64,000 nt of DNA from Eukaryota sp. TZLM1-RC (taxonomy: Eukaryota; Protista; Metamonada: BaSk clade), in NCBI GenBank assembly GCA_040285825.1, contig JAUPSS010000002.1:2418001-2482000 (forward strand). Reading direction: 5' to 3'. This document shows positions 1-12,100 of this stretch, one piece after another. The first letter of the stretch is position 1. Each line of letters opens with the position of its first letter. The translations under genes were made by a program, and so were the position numbers. Below the pieces are notes generated by a model. That model saw only the letters and a program-made list of their open reading frames with translations. It did not search any database and was not told the DNA's origin.

Positions 1-718
1 AATAATATTCAAAATGCAGTCAAAATAACGAGGAAGAGCTTTAAATAACGAAAATACGATTCTGTTCTTCCAAATCAGAAAATCAAATCAACAAATTGTG
101 TTCAGTAAATTGTTTCAAATTATTATTATACATTTTATTTTAAGGTGTGTTTGCACCAGGTGGCGTTCAGTGCCTTATTGAGTGAGACTCATTTCTCTCC
201 TTCATTCCTTCCAAAGACGTCTATGTTTCTATGTTTTACATTTCAATGCCCTGAACTAGAAGAAGTTCTCAAACTTCAAACAATGAGAAATATGATCAAA
301 TGTTGAGGCTCAAATAGAATAAATTATTAAATAAGAGATCTTAAATAGAATAAGTGCAAAACAAATCTACTTTGTATCATTCATATGTTATACATTGCCT
401 TTTTTCCAAATTGGTTGACCTACTGTTACAGAAATGTAAAACTAAAACCAATGCTAGATTTAATCAGTTTTTGTAAATCGATTAGATAGAATCGATCTCA
501 ACTACTGTAATACGTGAGTAGTAATGTCATGATCTCCAGGATTTGACAATGAAGTTGTATGAACCACTTTGCAATTTTGTATTATTGTGGCGAAATTGAC
601 TGCCTCTCAATCCTTCTATCTTTTTCTCATATCTACAAGCTTTCATTTGGTTTTTGATGTGACTTTGAGAACAAACTAATATAATAGATAAAGTGACATT
701 ATCACTAAGATCAAAATA

Positions 719-1571
719 CAGTAACCTCTCTATAACTTCTCGCTATATAACTTCTCACTCTCTATAAATTCTCGTTTTTTCTAAGAAACATTTTCTAAGA
801 AAAATATTGCCAATAATTGTTACTGAAAGAGTCACACAGGACAATTTCCACATAACCACATTTTGAAATTCCAACAAATTTGGAATTGTAAATCTACTCA
901 CCTGAATTGATGAACGAACTTCTTCCTGAATGAATTTTTTAAATGATGGTGTGAATTTTGTTGCACTCATTGACCATCCATTTGGTGTTTGTGCAACAAT
1001 TGGATATACAAAATCACCATGACGATAAATTGAAATAATATTTGTTTCAGTTAATAGTTCTTTTCCAACAAGTAGTGATAAAATTCCCTCGACATTTTCC
1101 TCTTCATTGAAAATTAAAAGAATATAATTTTGTTTCAATGCAGAAATAAAAGGATTTGAACCAACAATTCCCATTTGTGATTCTAAAATAGTTTCAATTG
1201 TGTCATATCCCTCCAAATTTTGTCGAAGAATGAATGTTTTTACATCAAATAATTTTGCAAGTCTATTTGGCAAATAACAAAGTCGATGTGATGCAACATA
1301 ACCACATTTTGAAATTGACATATTGTATACTCTTAATGAAGCAGAGAGTGAGTTAGAAACCGTTAGACTAAAGAGGAAGAAACAAATTCCGTTGATGAAC
1401 TTTCTAACACCTAAGTTGAATGAAATTGCATCTGAAGTTATTGATATCGAATAAACTTGTAATCTCAATAGGTTTAATGATAGTAATCAAGGAATTGTAT
1501 AAGTTCTCGCTTTCTATAAGTTCTCGGTTTTAGTTGGTTCCCAAGACCGAGAAGTTATAGAGAGGTTACTG
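719..1571. mobile_element. Non-autonomous pogo/Tc1-mariner-like TIR element (853 bp) carrying cargo sequence
   Basis: Perfect 24-bp TIR CAGTAACCTCTCTATAACTTCTCG (719-742) and its reverse complement (1548-1571), TA on both sides (717-718, 1572-1573), subterminal TATAA(C/G/A)TTCTC repeats; no transposase inside. Confidence 0.85.
755..1321 (-). CDS. Hypothetical cargo protein inside the TIR element (188 aa from ATG; open frame extends to 1468)
   Basis: Open frame from ORF track; first ATG at 1321 (MSISKCGY) preceded by TTCATT; no recognisable domain; C-terminus runs into the left subterminal repeats. Confidence 0.35.
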   Translation of the reverse strand: MSISKCGYVASHRLCYLPNRLAKLFDVKTFILRQNLEGYDTIETILESQMGIVGSNPFISALKQNYILLIFNEEENVEGILSLLVGKELLTETNIISIYRHGDFVYPIVAQTPNGWSMSATKFTPSFKKFIQEEVRSSIQVSRFTIPNLLEFQNVVMWKLSCVTLSVTIIGNIFLRKCFLEKTRIYRE

Positions 1572-2162
1572 TAAATGATGGATTTTGTGTTAATTTTGAG
1601 TAAAAAGTCGAAATTTTTTCCATTGACCACCAAAAATACCCCCTTTTTATTCTTGTTTTCTGAATTATTCGGGAAATTCTGTAAAGAGTTTTTCCTTTGT
1701 AATTTTTCGGCTTCAATGTTCAAATAACGACCACAGCATTCTAGATAGTTTACTCTGCACTATTTCGACCACTCTTTACATCGTATCACAAGAATCGAAA
1801 CACATTCATCGGATAAGAACGAGAATATGAATTTCAATTATTTGTCAATGTTAGAGACTGAAACTCAATTTTATTTTCAAAGGTCATTCACAAAGACAAA
1901 TTGTTGAGAAATTGTTTTTAGGTTTTGAATAAAATTAAAATTAATTAAAAAAAATTGTTGAGAAACACAATATTATATAATTCCAATATTGAATTCTCTT
2001 TGTTATGTTGTGAAACAGTTATTGAAACAGTCAACGTAGAGGATCAGAAAACTGGAGACAATATATAAGTGTATCTGTTCCTAAATAATTTCAATGATAT
2101 TTTAAATGATTCTAATTTTTTATGATTCAGTGACCAAACATTAACTAATTAAATTAATTTTA

Positions 2163-2775
2163 GAGACGACCTAAATATACAACTAAATATACAAAACTGA
2201 CTAAATATACAAAACTCAAACACAACAATTTTTTGTCGTGCAACATTTGGTTGAAGAGATCAAAAATAAGCTATACAGTTGATCCAAAAGGAAACACATG
2301 ACGTCATCAAACTTGTTCTTGATTCTTTGAGTGTAAACAGTGGTGAAAAAACTTGCCTTTATTTCGATCCTCTCAGACATATCTTCTATCTAGTCTTCTA
2401 TTCGTGCTACACTTCTGGGAGGTACAACGGAATCGCTTCTTCGAGCACACGTCCTTCTATTATGACCACTTTGGTTACATAAAGTATACATAGGTATCGC
2501 CAGAAGAGCTGTTACTCAACGCAAATTTGTGACTAAAGGCCCACTGCTGAAGAGCATCAATAAGATCAGCCTTGTTGCGAAGATAAAGGCTGGAGGATTG
2601 TTTGTTGAGATGATGCGAGAAGACATGGATTGGGTGATGATAGAAGGAGAACAAAAAGAACGTGACGGTCGAAAAACGTCATCAATGTTATTTTGACCTG
2701 CGCATTAAATTGTCATATTTGAGTTTTGTATATTTAGTCAGTGTTGTATATTTAGTTGTATATTTAGGTTGTCTC
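2163..2775 (-). mobile_element. Internally deleted MULE/MuDR derivative with 58-bp TIRs
   Basis: TIRs 2163-2220 and 2718-2775 (2 mismatches, internal CTAAATATACAA repeats); minus strand encodes a MuDR-like N-terminal piece (NKADLIDALQQWAFSHKF) joined to a zinc-knuckle remnant (TLCNQSGHNRRTC). Confidence 0.75.
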
Positions 2776-3354
2776 TAAAAAATAAAAACAATAATGCAAA
2801 CAGTGTAGTCATCATGAGAAGAAGATCTTTCTTGAGCTGCAAGTGCAGGCAGACATTCTGGGGGTGATACAAGCAGCATATTTACTGGGATTAACTTGAG
2901 CAGTAGGTGTGAATCTGTCCCATTTAAGTAGATGTCGTTCTTGCCTTTGATTCTCCGTTCTCACGGGTTATCGTCGTATGTTGAGCGGGTTCCTCAACCT
3001 CTTTTCTGAGTTCAGACAGTTCTTTAGCCAGCCAAACTTGTGTAAAAGCGTATCGGTTACTATTGCTTTCTTCAATGATCCTTTCAGTTTTGGCGTACAA
3101 GTTGAATCTTTCATAAAACTAGAGTACTCTTACAGGATCGGAGATTATTGGATACCTTTACAAATTTCTTTCGTATCAACCAAATTGAACTGCTATCAAA
3201 TGTGTCACAGGGGGCGAATCCAGCGTTGCATGCAATCGAACTGGCCAAAATATCATTAAACATGTTAAGAATTCACTTATTGATTGAAACCAGGAAGTTT
3301 CAAAATCGAGTCAACAATATAGCGGACTTAATTTTTGACACTTTACCCTTGAAT

Positions 3355-5175
3355 CTTCTGCTGGTGTGAAACAAGGTGGTCTTCTTGGTCCATTGCTTTT
3401 TTGTTTGGCTATCCATAATACTATTGAAATGACCCAGAAGGAATTCCCTGAATTGCGTATTGTTGCTGTTGTGGATGACACTTCTATTAGTGGTGCTTTT
3501 GAGAGCATTTGTAGGGTTTCTAGCATTGATACGAAATACAAAGACATTGGATTAGCCTTGAATCCCACTAGTTGTCTCTTGATTGGTAGAACAAAACAAT
3601 CTTTATTGATTGATGGTGCTCAGATTCCCTTTATTAATTATGAACAACAAGCGTTCAAGTTTCTTGGATGTTGGTTAGGTAATTTGGATGAAATTTATTC
3701 CCAATTGAACAATTTATTGGAGTATTTCAGAAAGCCTCTCAGTTTTATTTCTGAATATGATATTGAAAAACACATCAATTTTTTTATTTTAAAAATTTGT
3801 TATTCTGGAAAATCCACTCATATTTTAAGGTCAACTTCCCCTTCAGGATCTCTTGATTTTTGTAGATCTTTCAGCAAACTTCGGGTCAAATTTTTTTCTT
3901 CTTTATTGGAAGTAAATGAATCTTTAATTCGAAGTCATGTGTTTTGTTCTGCTAAATTGAATGGGATTGGTTTCACTAAATTTTCGATTCTGTGTAAAGC
4001 AGCATTTTTAGGAGGTGAAAAAAATTTTATGTTTGAATTTTACCAAAGGTTTCCTGATGATGTTTATCTGATCCATGGTGAATCAAATTTTTATTTAAAT
4101 CAACTTCAATTTGAATTAGATAATTTTCTTAGTGATATCTGGATTCAGTGTTTTCCTCAAAATGTTCAAGAAATTCCCAACCGATCACTTACATATTTAT
4201 GTTTTTGCCTAAAAAAGCTTAGCACCATTTGGTGGTAAATTAAATGAAAGCTTGGATTATGAAGTAAGACTTGGCTTGGTCAAAACTGAAAATCTCACTT
4301 TCGGAAATTTTTTAAAGGATATTCGTGATAGTTCTGCTGCCGCTTTAGTAACTCATATTCCCTTTGTTTATGGACTTTTGTTAAAAAACAATGAATGGCT
4401 TTTAAACATGCGTTTTCGTTGTTTTCTGTGGCCAAACAATTTGCCGAATCATTTAACTTGTAAATGTGGTAAACCTCTTTTGTTTACTCATCTTTTGAAC
4501 TGTAAACATTTCATGACATTTAGAAATAAAGTGCATAATAACGTCAGGGATCAAATTTATGTAATGTGTAAATCATATCGAATCATATCCTTTTTGGAGC
4601 CGTTGTTATCAAAATTAATTCTTGATGACCCCAATATTGATACTGCGGGCTACAACAGAGTTTCTATGGGTCTGACAAGATTTGATCTTATTGTTCTCGG
4701 CTTAAATGGTAGTTTTACTATTTTAGACACCATGTCCATTAACCCTTGTAATTCTTCTAACGAACATTTCACTAACTCAGATGTAAATAATCCTCTTTTT
4801 GCTAGCGAAAAATATAAAATTGCTGAATTATCGAAACCCATTTCCTCAGTTAATGAAAATTCTCATGCCCAATATTATTTATGTCCTTATGCTTTTTTTT
4901 GCTGGGATTTCTAGGTAAGGCTGCTATGGCTTTTCTTGAGGATTCTGTTGTAGTTGTAAAAGAAAGAACTGGAAGAGTTTTCAATCGTGTTTACTGGCAA
5001 AACAGAATTGTATTTTCTATTTTCAACGGAGTGGTGAAACTAATTTCTGATTCACTCTCTTCTTTTGGGAAATTTTCTGAATCTTTGGTAATTACTTGTT
5101 TTGATGTAGGGAAGGCAGGTTTGAGGATGTGTAGTTTTAGTTGTGTATTTTATGTTTTCATATATCTTGTTAAAT
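3355..5175 (+). mobile_element. 5'-truncated, decayed CRE-like non-LTR retrotransposon (RT + CCHC + restriction-like endonuclease)
   Basis: GVKQGGLLGPLLFCLAI, VVDD (degenerate YxDD), FKFLG, CKCG...HLLNC zinc finger, HNNVRD, RLE-type C-terminus; split by frameshifts. Confidence 0.85.
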
Positions 5176-5458
5176 GAATACAATTGAGTGAGCTGTATAT
5201 CGACATCTGATGTTTTTCGACGATAAATTATCGAAATTGAAATGATAATTTGCACAGTTGATAATGGTATCTCACTAATGAGGACCTCAATATAGTATTG
5301 GTTTAAATCATATTATCCTCATTCTAGAACCCGTTACACAATTCACTTATTCAAACATACAGCTTGCACGTATACCTTTCGCCAACAGACAGGTAACAGC
5401 TTTACAGTTGAGCTGTGTAAATGTAGATTTATAGCAGGAATTTTATTTATATTTCAAA

Positions 5459-7483
5459 GGGAAAACTCCAAAATCCAAACGTTTTTCAAAGATAAAACAA
5501 AATCCACACTTGCAATACAAAATCCACACACTTTCATAGATTCACAACACAATCCACTTTTCCTATGAACATTGATCTTAAACGTCTTAGGAACGATGCA
5601 ACATTGGTGGCAACAGAACACAAGACGTTTGAGTCGAGATTAGACTTACAGACCTTCTTACATCAACTTGCACTTCAATACAACAAGGAATTCACAGTTG
5701 CTCCCAACAATAACAAAACGCGGTATGAGGTGAGGTGTACTGCTGCCAAATGTCCGTTCAAAATCATAGCTAGGGCACCAATAGATTCTGAGGTCTGGTG
5801 TATTACCAAAGCGGTCACCCATGCAGCAGGATGTGTAGCCTTTTCGAAGACCTATTTTCCACCCAAGATCATTGCATACATCTTAAAAGAAGACTTCAGG
5901 TGCGAGAGACCGTTTTCGTCCAAAGCGTTGGAAAAATCTAGCTCCGTCATCAAAAATGGTACATCTGCAGCACGGACAATTAGGGCTGCACAAAACTACT
6001 TATACGGTGACAGGGAACCTTCCTATAGACTTCTCCCGTATTATTTTTCTACTATATGTGAAAAGATGCCAGGAAGCGTGGCTTTTGTGAACTTCAATGC
6101 AGAAGGACATTTTCATAGATGTTTTTTCTCTCTTGAAGCTTCTATTGAAGGCTTTGAATACACCAAGCCACTGTTGGGATTGGATGGATGTCACATTAAG
6201 ACTCAATATCTTGGTGTTATGTTGGTTGCCACAACAGTAGATGCAGCTGGACATAGTTTTCCTCTTGCTTTCGGAGTAGTTGAAAATGAACATTATGATT
6301 CTTGGAAGTGGTTTATAGAAGTGCTAAAGAAGGTTTTTGATTTGACTGGTATTACTGTCATATCTGATCGACAAAAAGGACTTATCAAGGCTGTTGGGGA
6401 AACGTTGCAAACCTCTGCTCATGCATTTTGTGTAAAGCATCTTGCCGATAATGCCAACGGTAAAGGTTCTAAAAAGGCCCGACCGTTCATATTCCGATTG
6501 GCCAAATGCGGTTCCAAAGTTGAATACGAGAAACTGTTGCGTGAAATGACGTTAGTGAGTCCAGCTGCTGCAAACTACATCCGTAATACGGCTGAACCAC
6601 ACCATTGGGTTGAATATCAATTTCCAGGGAACAGATGTGGTCATGTTACCAGCAACATAGTTGAATGTGTAAATGCGTGCATTGCAGAAGCTCGTCAGCT
6701 TCCAATTGTGCATATGTTTGAATCGATTAGGTCAATGTTGGCGAGATGGTTTATTACGAGAAGAAAAGAAGCACGAAACTTATCATCAACTATTGTCTGC
6801 AGAGCAAATGATATTCTGGAACAGAGACTGTTACAATCTCGAGATTTAAAAGCTGTGGAATTGGACCAAGCTGAATTTGAAGTGAGAGAGAACGGCACTG
6901 TATTTACTGTCAATGTGGATTCCAACGAATGCTCATGTGGAGCTTTGGAAAAAGAAGGGATTCCGTGTGTGCATTTACTCGTACTTCTTTCAGCAAAAGG
7001 AAGTAGAGGTGTTGAATTGTGTTCTGAACTTCATTCAACACAGAGATTTCTCAAAACTTACAGTGGAAGAATACTCTCAGTGGACGACATAAAACTTCAT
7101 TCGGTTGTGAAGCAGACGCTAGAAGACAAGATCGAATCAGATATACTAACTCAACCTCCAATTCCTACACCGCGAGCAGGAAGACCAGGAGTCGTTAGGA
7201 AGAGGAGAAGTAATGAACCAAGAGGACCCAACAGCCGTAGCGAGAAATTTACTGATGCAGTTGAACCAGCGCCCAAACAACGACGCAAGTACACATGTAA
7301 AGTATGTGGAGTCGAAGGACATAACGCAAGAGGATGTCCCAACAAAGATAAAGAATAGCTAATAAACAAGATTGTGTGGATATTGATGTTTTTGAAGTTG
7401 CTGTGTGGATTGTGAAGTCCTTTGATGAAAGTGTGTGGATTTTGCTCCATTTTGAAGAAAAATGTGGAAAATGAATTTATCCC
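5459..7483 (+). mobile_element. Autonomous-looking MULE (Mutator) DNA transposon
   Basis: GGG...CCC termini, imperfect TIRs with AATCCACAC repeats, 9-bp TSD TATTTCAAA (5450-5458) / TTTTTCAAA (7484-7492), one intact transposase ORF. Confidence 0.85.
5565..7358 (+). CDS. MuDR/MULE DDE transposase with SWIM and CCHC zinc knuckle
   Basis: LDGCH, ISDRQKGL, HAFCVKH, TSNIVECVN, SWIM CSC...GIPCVH, C-terminal CKVCGVEGHNARGC. Confidence 0.95.
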   Translation: MNIDLKRLRNDATLVATEHKTFESRLDLQTFLHQLALQYNKEFTVAPNNNKTRYEVRCTAAKCPFKIIARAPIDSEVWCITKAVTHAAGCVAFSKTYFPPKIIAYILKEDFRCERPFSSKALEKSSSVIKNGTSAARTIRAAQNYLYGDREPSYRLLPYYFSTICEKMPGSVAFVNFNAEGHFHRCFFSLEASIEGFEYTKPLLGLDGCHIKTQYLGVMLVATTVDAAGHSFPLAFGVVENEHYDSWKWFIEVLKKVFDLTGITVISDRQKGLIKAVGETLQTSAHAFCVKHLADNANGKGSKKARPFIFRLAKCGSKVEYEKLLREMTLVSPAAANYIRNTAEPHHWVEYQFPGNRCGHVTSNIVECVNACIAEARQLPIVHMFESIRSMLARWFITRRKEARNLSSTIVCRANDILEQRLLQSRDLKAVELDQAEFEVRENGTVFTVNVDSNECSCGALEKEGIPCVHLLVLLSAKGSRGVELCSELHSTQRFLKTYSGRILSVDDIKLHSVVKQTLEDKIESDILTQPPIPTPRAGRPGVVRKRRSNEPRGPNSRSEKFTDAVEPAPKQRRKYTCKVCGVEGHNARGCPNKDKE

Positions 7484-7569
7484 TTTTTCAAAATCAAAAA
7501 AAAGGACATTAAAATAAAACTCAATGACCTCGATACACACATCAACATCGCCAAATCTTTTGAGTGTGT

Positions 7570-8740
7570 GCTTTTCATATTTTATCCCTAATTGTGTAGG
7601 TGCATTGGTTAATTTTTTTTTGGAATCGCTTCGAGAATACAAATAATAATTTTATTGTACCAGGAATTAAATTCGAATATTTCCTGTTCTCTCTTATTAA
7701 ACATCTGAAACCTGTCAGAAATTTCATGCCAAAAATTCCACTGTTACCTAAAAGATCAACTGCAAAAGGAACCAGCCGGTGTTTCACTTGCTGAACACGG
7801 CTACTTTGAGATAAAGGTTATACTATTTCATTTTGCTCTTCTCAGAAAACCATAGGGAGTTTCCACTTCTGATTGGTCGCAAACATCAACAATAACAACA
7901 TCAACAACATCAGCTCGACGTTTCCCAAAAATATCATCATCTCCATTTTTTGGTCACAACTTACGCACAAGTGGTTCTAAAAGAGCTTCAAGAAGGCTTT
8001 TGCACACGACATACAGTTGATTTCTAAAAGCACCATGAACAATCGAGCGTGATGTTATATTAAATTTACAATTCAGTAAGTAATTAGAATTAATTAGCTG
8101 ACCAAAACGACAAATTAAATTGTTTTGGTACACTGTATTGCCATGAAAAACACCTCAATCTTACGGCAGTTGTTCATTGATGGTCATTTAACAATAGACC
8201 CTCAATATTTGGAATTTGGGAAACGAGACAACATGAGCTACTTTCCTTAGGATCAATTAGGAAGTGGGCAAAAAAGGGATTCTTTTCCTTAACCTACCTA
8301 AAACGAACAGTAAAATCTAAGTTTTCAAAAAGTTTGTTTATTGAGCGTATGTAAATTATGAGGAAACGAACCTTCTGGTTGGAATTTCTTGATTATCAAC
8401 ACGAAAGCATACGGATCAGATTTGAAGAGATGCATTCAATTTCGTTCTGCAAAGAAACTAAATAAGCTCTTATGTTTTATTAAATGTTCAGCAGGCTCCT
8501 TACCAATCTATAAACATTTGGAAAAATCTAAAAAAGGAGCTATTTGATAATAAAGCTGTTAAACAACTTTAGCATTTTTTTCATTAAATTTATTGGACCA
8601 AATATTGAAAAGTCATCCATATGAGCTGCAATTTCAATTTCTGGATATTGCTGTTTTAATTCACACATTAGAGGACGAATGGCGAGCTCGAAGAAGAAAG
8701 GACCCAATGGATCACCTTGTTTAACACCAGATAATGATAT
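7570..8740 (-). mobile_element. Decayed CRE-like RT/RLE retrotransposon remnant
   Basis: Minus strand SGVKQGDPLGPFFFELAI...AHMDD (~8595-8735), RSIVHGAFRNQLY (~8010-8050), PFAVDLLGNSG RLE tail. Confidence 0.75.
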
Positions 8741-9154
8741 CAGTTAACAGTCTTCATAGACAAGAGGTGATTGACAACCGTAACAATTTCCAACTTTTGC
8801 ATTGTGGAATTCCGAAATTTCAGGAGTGGAATTACCGACAGTGGTACTTCAGAATTCCAGAATTCCAAATACTTAATGAAATACTTAATGAATTTCTGGA
8901 ATAATGGAATTCAAAGGTATGGATTATATTCAATGATAAAATTCAAAAACAACTGATTGGGGATACCACAGTCAAAGTTGTTGTGCCTAGAGTCGACGTT
9001 TTGTGCTGAATAAATACTGTGGTGCAAATGGTTTGGGTCGTGCTGTATGACTGAACACATTAAAGAGAAATTAAATATGGAAGAGAAATTCAAAATCCAA
9101 TAGACAATCCAAGTTGTCTGAGACAAGAAGTTCAAAACTTCATTTTGTACGACA

Positions 9155-12100
9155 ATGAATCGACTACTACTACTACTATCCCTGCTTTGCTATGTTTGTG
9201 CTAATGGTATGTTACCATCACTCCTTTTATTTCAGTGACATATTATTCTACTGATGGCTCTTGTTCCTCTTGGACTGAGCCAGATTGCTGGACCGATGGT
9301 CTTCCTGGACCCTCAGACTCGGCTGTCCTTGCTAGTTGCTCTCACTCTCTTTCTGTCGTTGTTTCTTCATCTATTTCTTTATCATCGCTGCACATCGGCA
9401 GCGAAGACTGTAAAGTCATTCTTACTCTGGCTCCGGGGGCCTCGATCTCAACTTCCTCCCTCATCTTCACTCATGGAACTCTCCAGGGTAGTGGCCACGT
9501 TCTTTGCTCCGGATCATCCTTTGTCTCTGGTCCTTACAACAAAACCCTTGCTCTCCAACTAGGTAATCAAGGTAACCTTGCTTTTGAAGGTAATTCATCT
9601 GTTACACTTTCTCTTACAGGTGGTGCTGTCCTTTTAAACTCTGGAACTCTCTCTATCAATGCCCCTTCCCTCATTACTTACCACCCAGACCATGACCCCA
9701 ATGGTAACCAACACCCCCAAATTAATAACTTGGGAAACTTTGTTGTTAATGATGACGTGGAGGTTGACGTACGCTTTTCCAATCAGCAGTTGGTTAATGT
9801 TCTCCATGGAATTGCTGTCATTAATAATCCTAATGAATTAATGGGTAATTACGATCTTTTCGATACTCTTTTAATTACCAAATCTTGCGAATTCAGAAGA
9901 GGTTCTGATATCTATGGTGCCACTAGTGGGGTCTTGGTAGTACCTAGATCCGTTACTTATATTGTTGCTGGTAGTTATCGCTTTGACGGGAACCTCCAAC
10001 TTTTATCAAATTCCAAGGTTTACTTTGCAGCTAGGTCCTCTGTAAGAGTATTTAGCTCTAATCACGCCGAGTCTGGTAGTTTGGTTGAGTTTCAGTCTTC
10101 ATGTGCTCTTAGAATAGCTTCTTTTTTTAGGGTTAACGTAAATAGTGGTGTTTTCTCAGTTAATACTGGTGCTTCATGGCAACCTACTACTAATGCCATT
10201 AGATCTATTACTCTAAATGGTAATAGTAGGTTTGTTTTTAATCCTAGTGTTGGTAATGTTACTCTTACTGATGTGTCTGTGTATGATAATGGTATTTTCG
10301 AGGTTAGTTCTGGAGGTCCGGTCTATCTACGTCATTTATTGATTGGCGACGAATATTGTGCTAATGAACCTCGGGTTCTAGGATCTGATCAAATAAGAGT
10401 GGAAAAAACATTTGATTGGTTCAATGGTTTAGTTGATACAGATATTCTGGTTCAAAGACCTGGTGTTTTTAATGTTTTTCCAGTATTTGGCAATGGTACA
10501 ACCATATTTGGCCAAGAAAACAATCTAATCGTTGATGGCAATGCTTTTCTCAATGGCTCTCTAAATATGGAAAGTGATACTTCAATTGTTTTTAATAACC
10601 AAGTTTATATGTATTCTCAAATCCCTCTTTATTTAGGGAGTTCTTCCACCGTTGAATTAACTGATAATTCTTGGTTGTTTGTTATTCCTAATAATGATTC
10701 TACTTTAATTACTGGGGACGAATTTGCTGATTTTTCATTTAATGGCAATTTAACCATTAATTCCTCCGCTTTCATTCTTAACGCTAATGTTAGCTCTTTC
10801 TATGCTGCCAACACCAATTATACACTTGAAGCGAATACTGAATTCCTAATCCAAAGTTCCAATAGCCCTTTAATTAATGGTACCTTTTCCCTGGCAGAAA
10901 GCTCTTTTGTTTCTACTGGTTCTAATGAAGTCACTTTTGTTAAAGGATCTGTTGTACATGGCAAAGGTTTACTTAATCCTGGTAGTAATGGGGCAATTTC
11001 TTTTTATGGTAATTATTCCGCTTCTCCTTTTATTTCAAAACCTTTTGGTTCTTTGAAATTCTTTGATGCTTTTATTAGAAATATAACAGAAATTTCTGGG
11101 TCAAGTGGTGAATTGACTTTCTTCAATATAGATTTCCCTTTTACCAAATGGATCTTATCTGAAATTAACTTAAACAGAGTTACTTCACTCTTTGAATCAT
11201 TACCCCCTATCCAAGTAGATCATGTTGTCATTAACAGAGGTTCTTTTAATGGTTATGCTATTGGGAATTCAGAATCTTTATTAATTAATTCATTGGAATT
11301 TTCTGGAGGTGTAACCTTTCACAATCTTACTGGGCTTGTTTCTATTAGTAACTTGGTTGGTACTAGATCACGATTATTTGTAAATTCTCACCTGAATAAC
11401 ATTAACCTAGGATCTGTTGAGCTTGCTAATTCTGGGTTACTTATTAATAATTTGCCAAATGCTCTCACTATCACAAACTGCATTTTAATCACAAGTGTCC
11501 AAGTTGACCTCAGTAATATCAACTTTGCAACAATTGACCAAGTTCTAATGAATGAGGATTCTAAATTTAAGACCTCTAGTTTAAATAGTTTGGTTGTGAA
11601 CACTTTGGAATCTGTAACCTCTGACTTTATTTCAAATGATATTGAAACACTGTCTTTTGGTAGTTTGAATCAAAATTCAAACTCTACGGCCTTTATCGCT
11701 AATTCAAAGTCTGTTAGTGTTGATTCTTATTTGGCAAATAATGCTACTTTGAATATCCAAGTTATCACACATTTCTTGAATTTTAACCAATTCAACCAAA
11801 CTGATGTATCTCAAACCTCTATTTCTGAATGTTTCATGGTTTTCTTTGATAATTTTTTCCAGAGCGATCACTCTCAGTTCTTTTTAAATGGTGTGTTAGA
11901 AGCTTATTTGTCAAGGGTATCCAATTTCGCACTATCTGAGTTTAAGTTGATCAATAATCATAATTTCACTGCTGATGCTTTTATAAATTCATTTGGAATT
12001 GTTTATTTCAACAGTATTTCTGATTTCATCAAAATTTTTGCTCTGTTAAATTTGGCAGATTCTGAGTTGTTCATTTCAAATACTGAATCATTAGTGATTA

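Noticed and set aside
2790-3300. Possible decayed MULE SWIM remnant on the minus strand (PC..HLIAV across a frameshift)
   Set aside because: Too degraded to support; no termini found.
8800-8915. Clustered GGAATTCC-like motifs and a short tandem duplication
   Set aside because: Probably an eroded TE subterminal region; no TIR pair or TSD could be defined.
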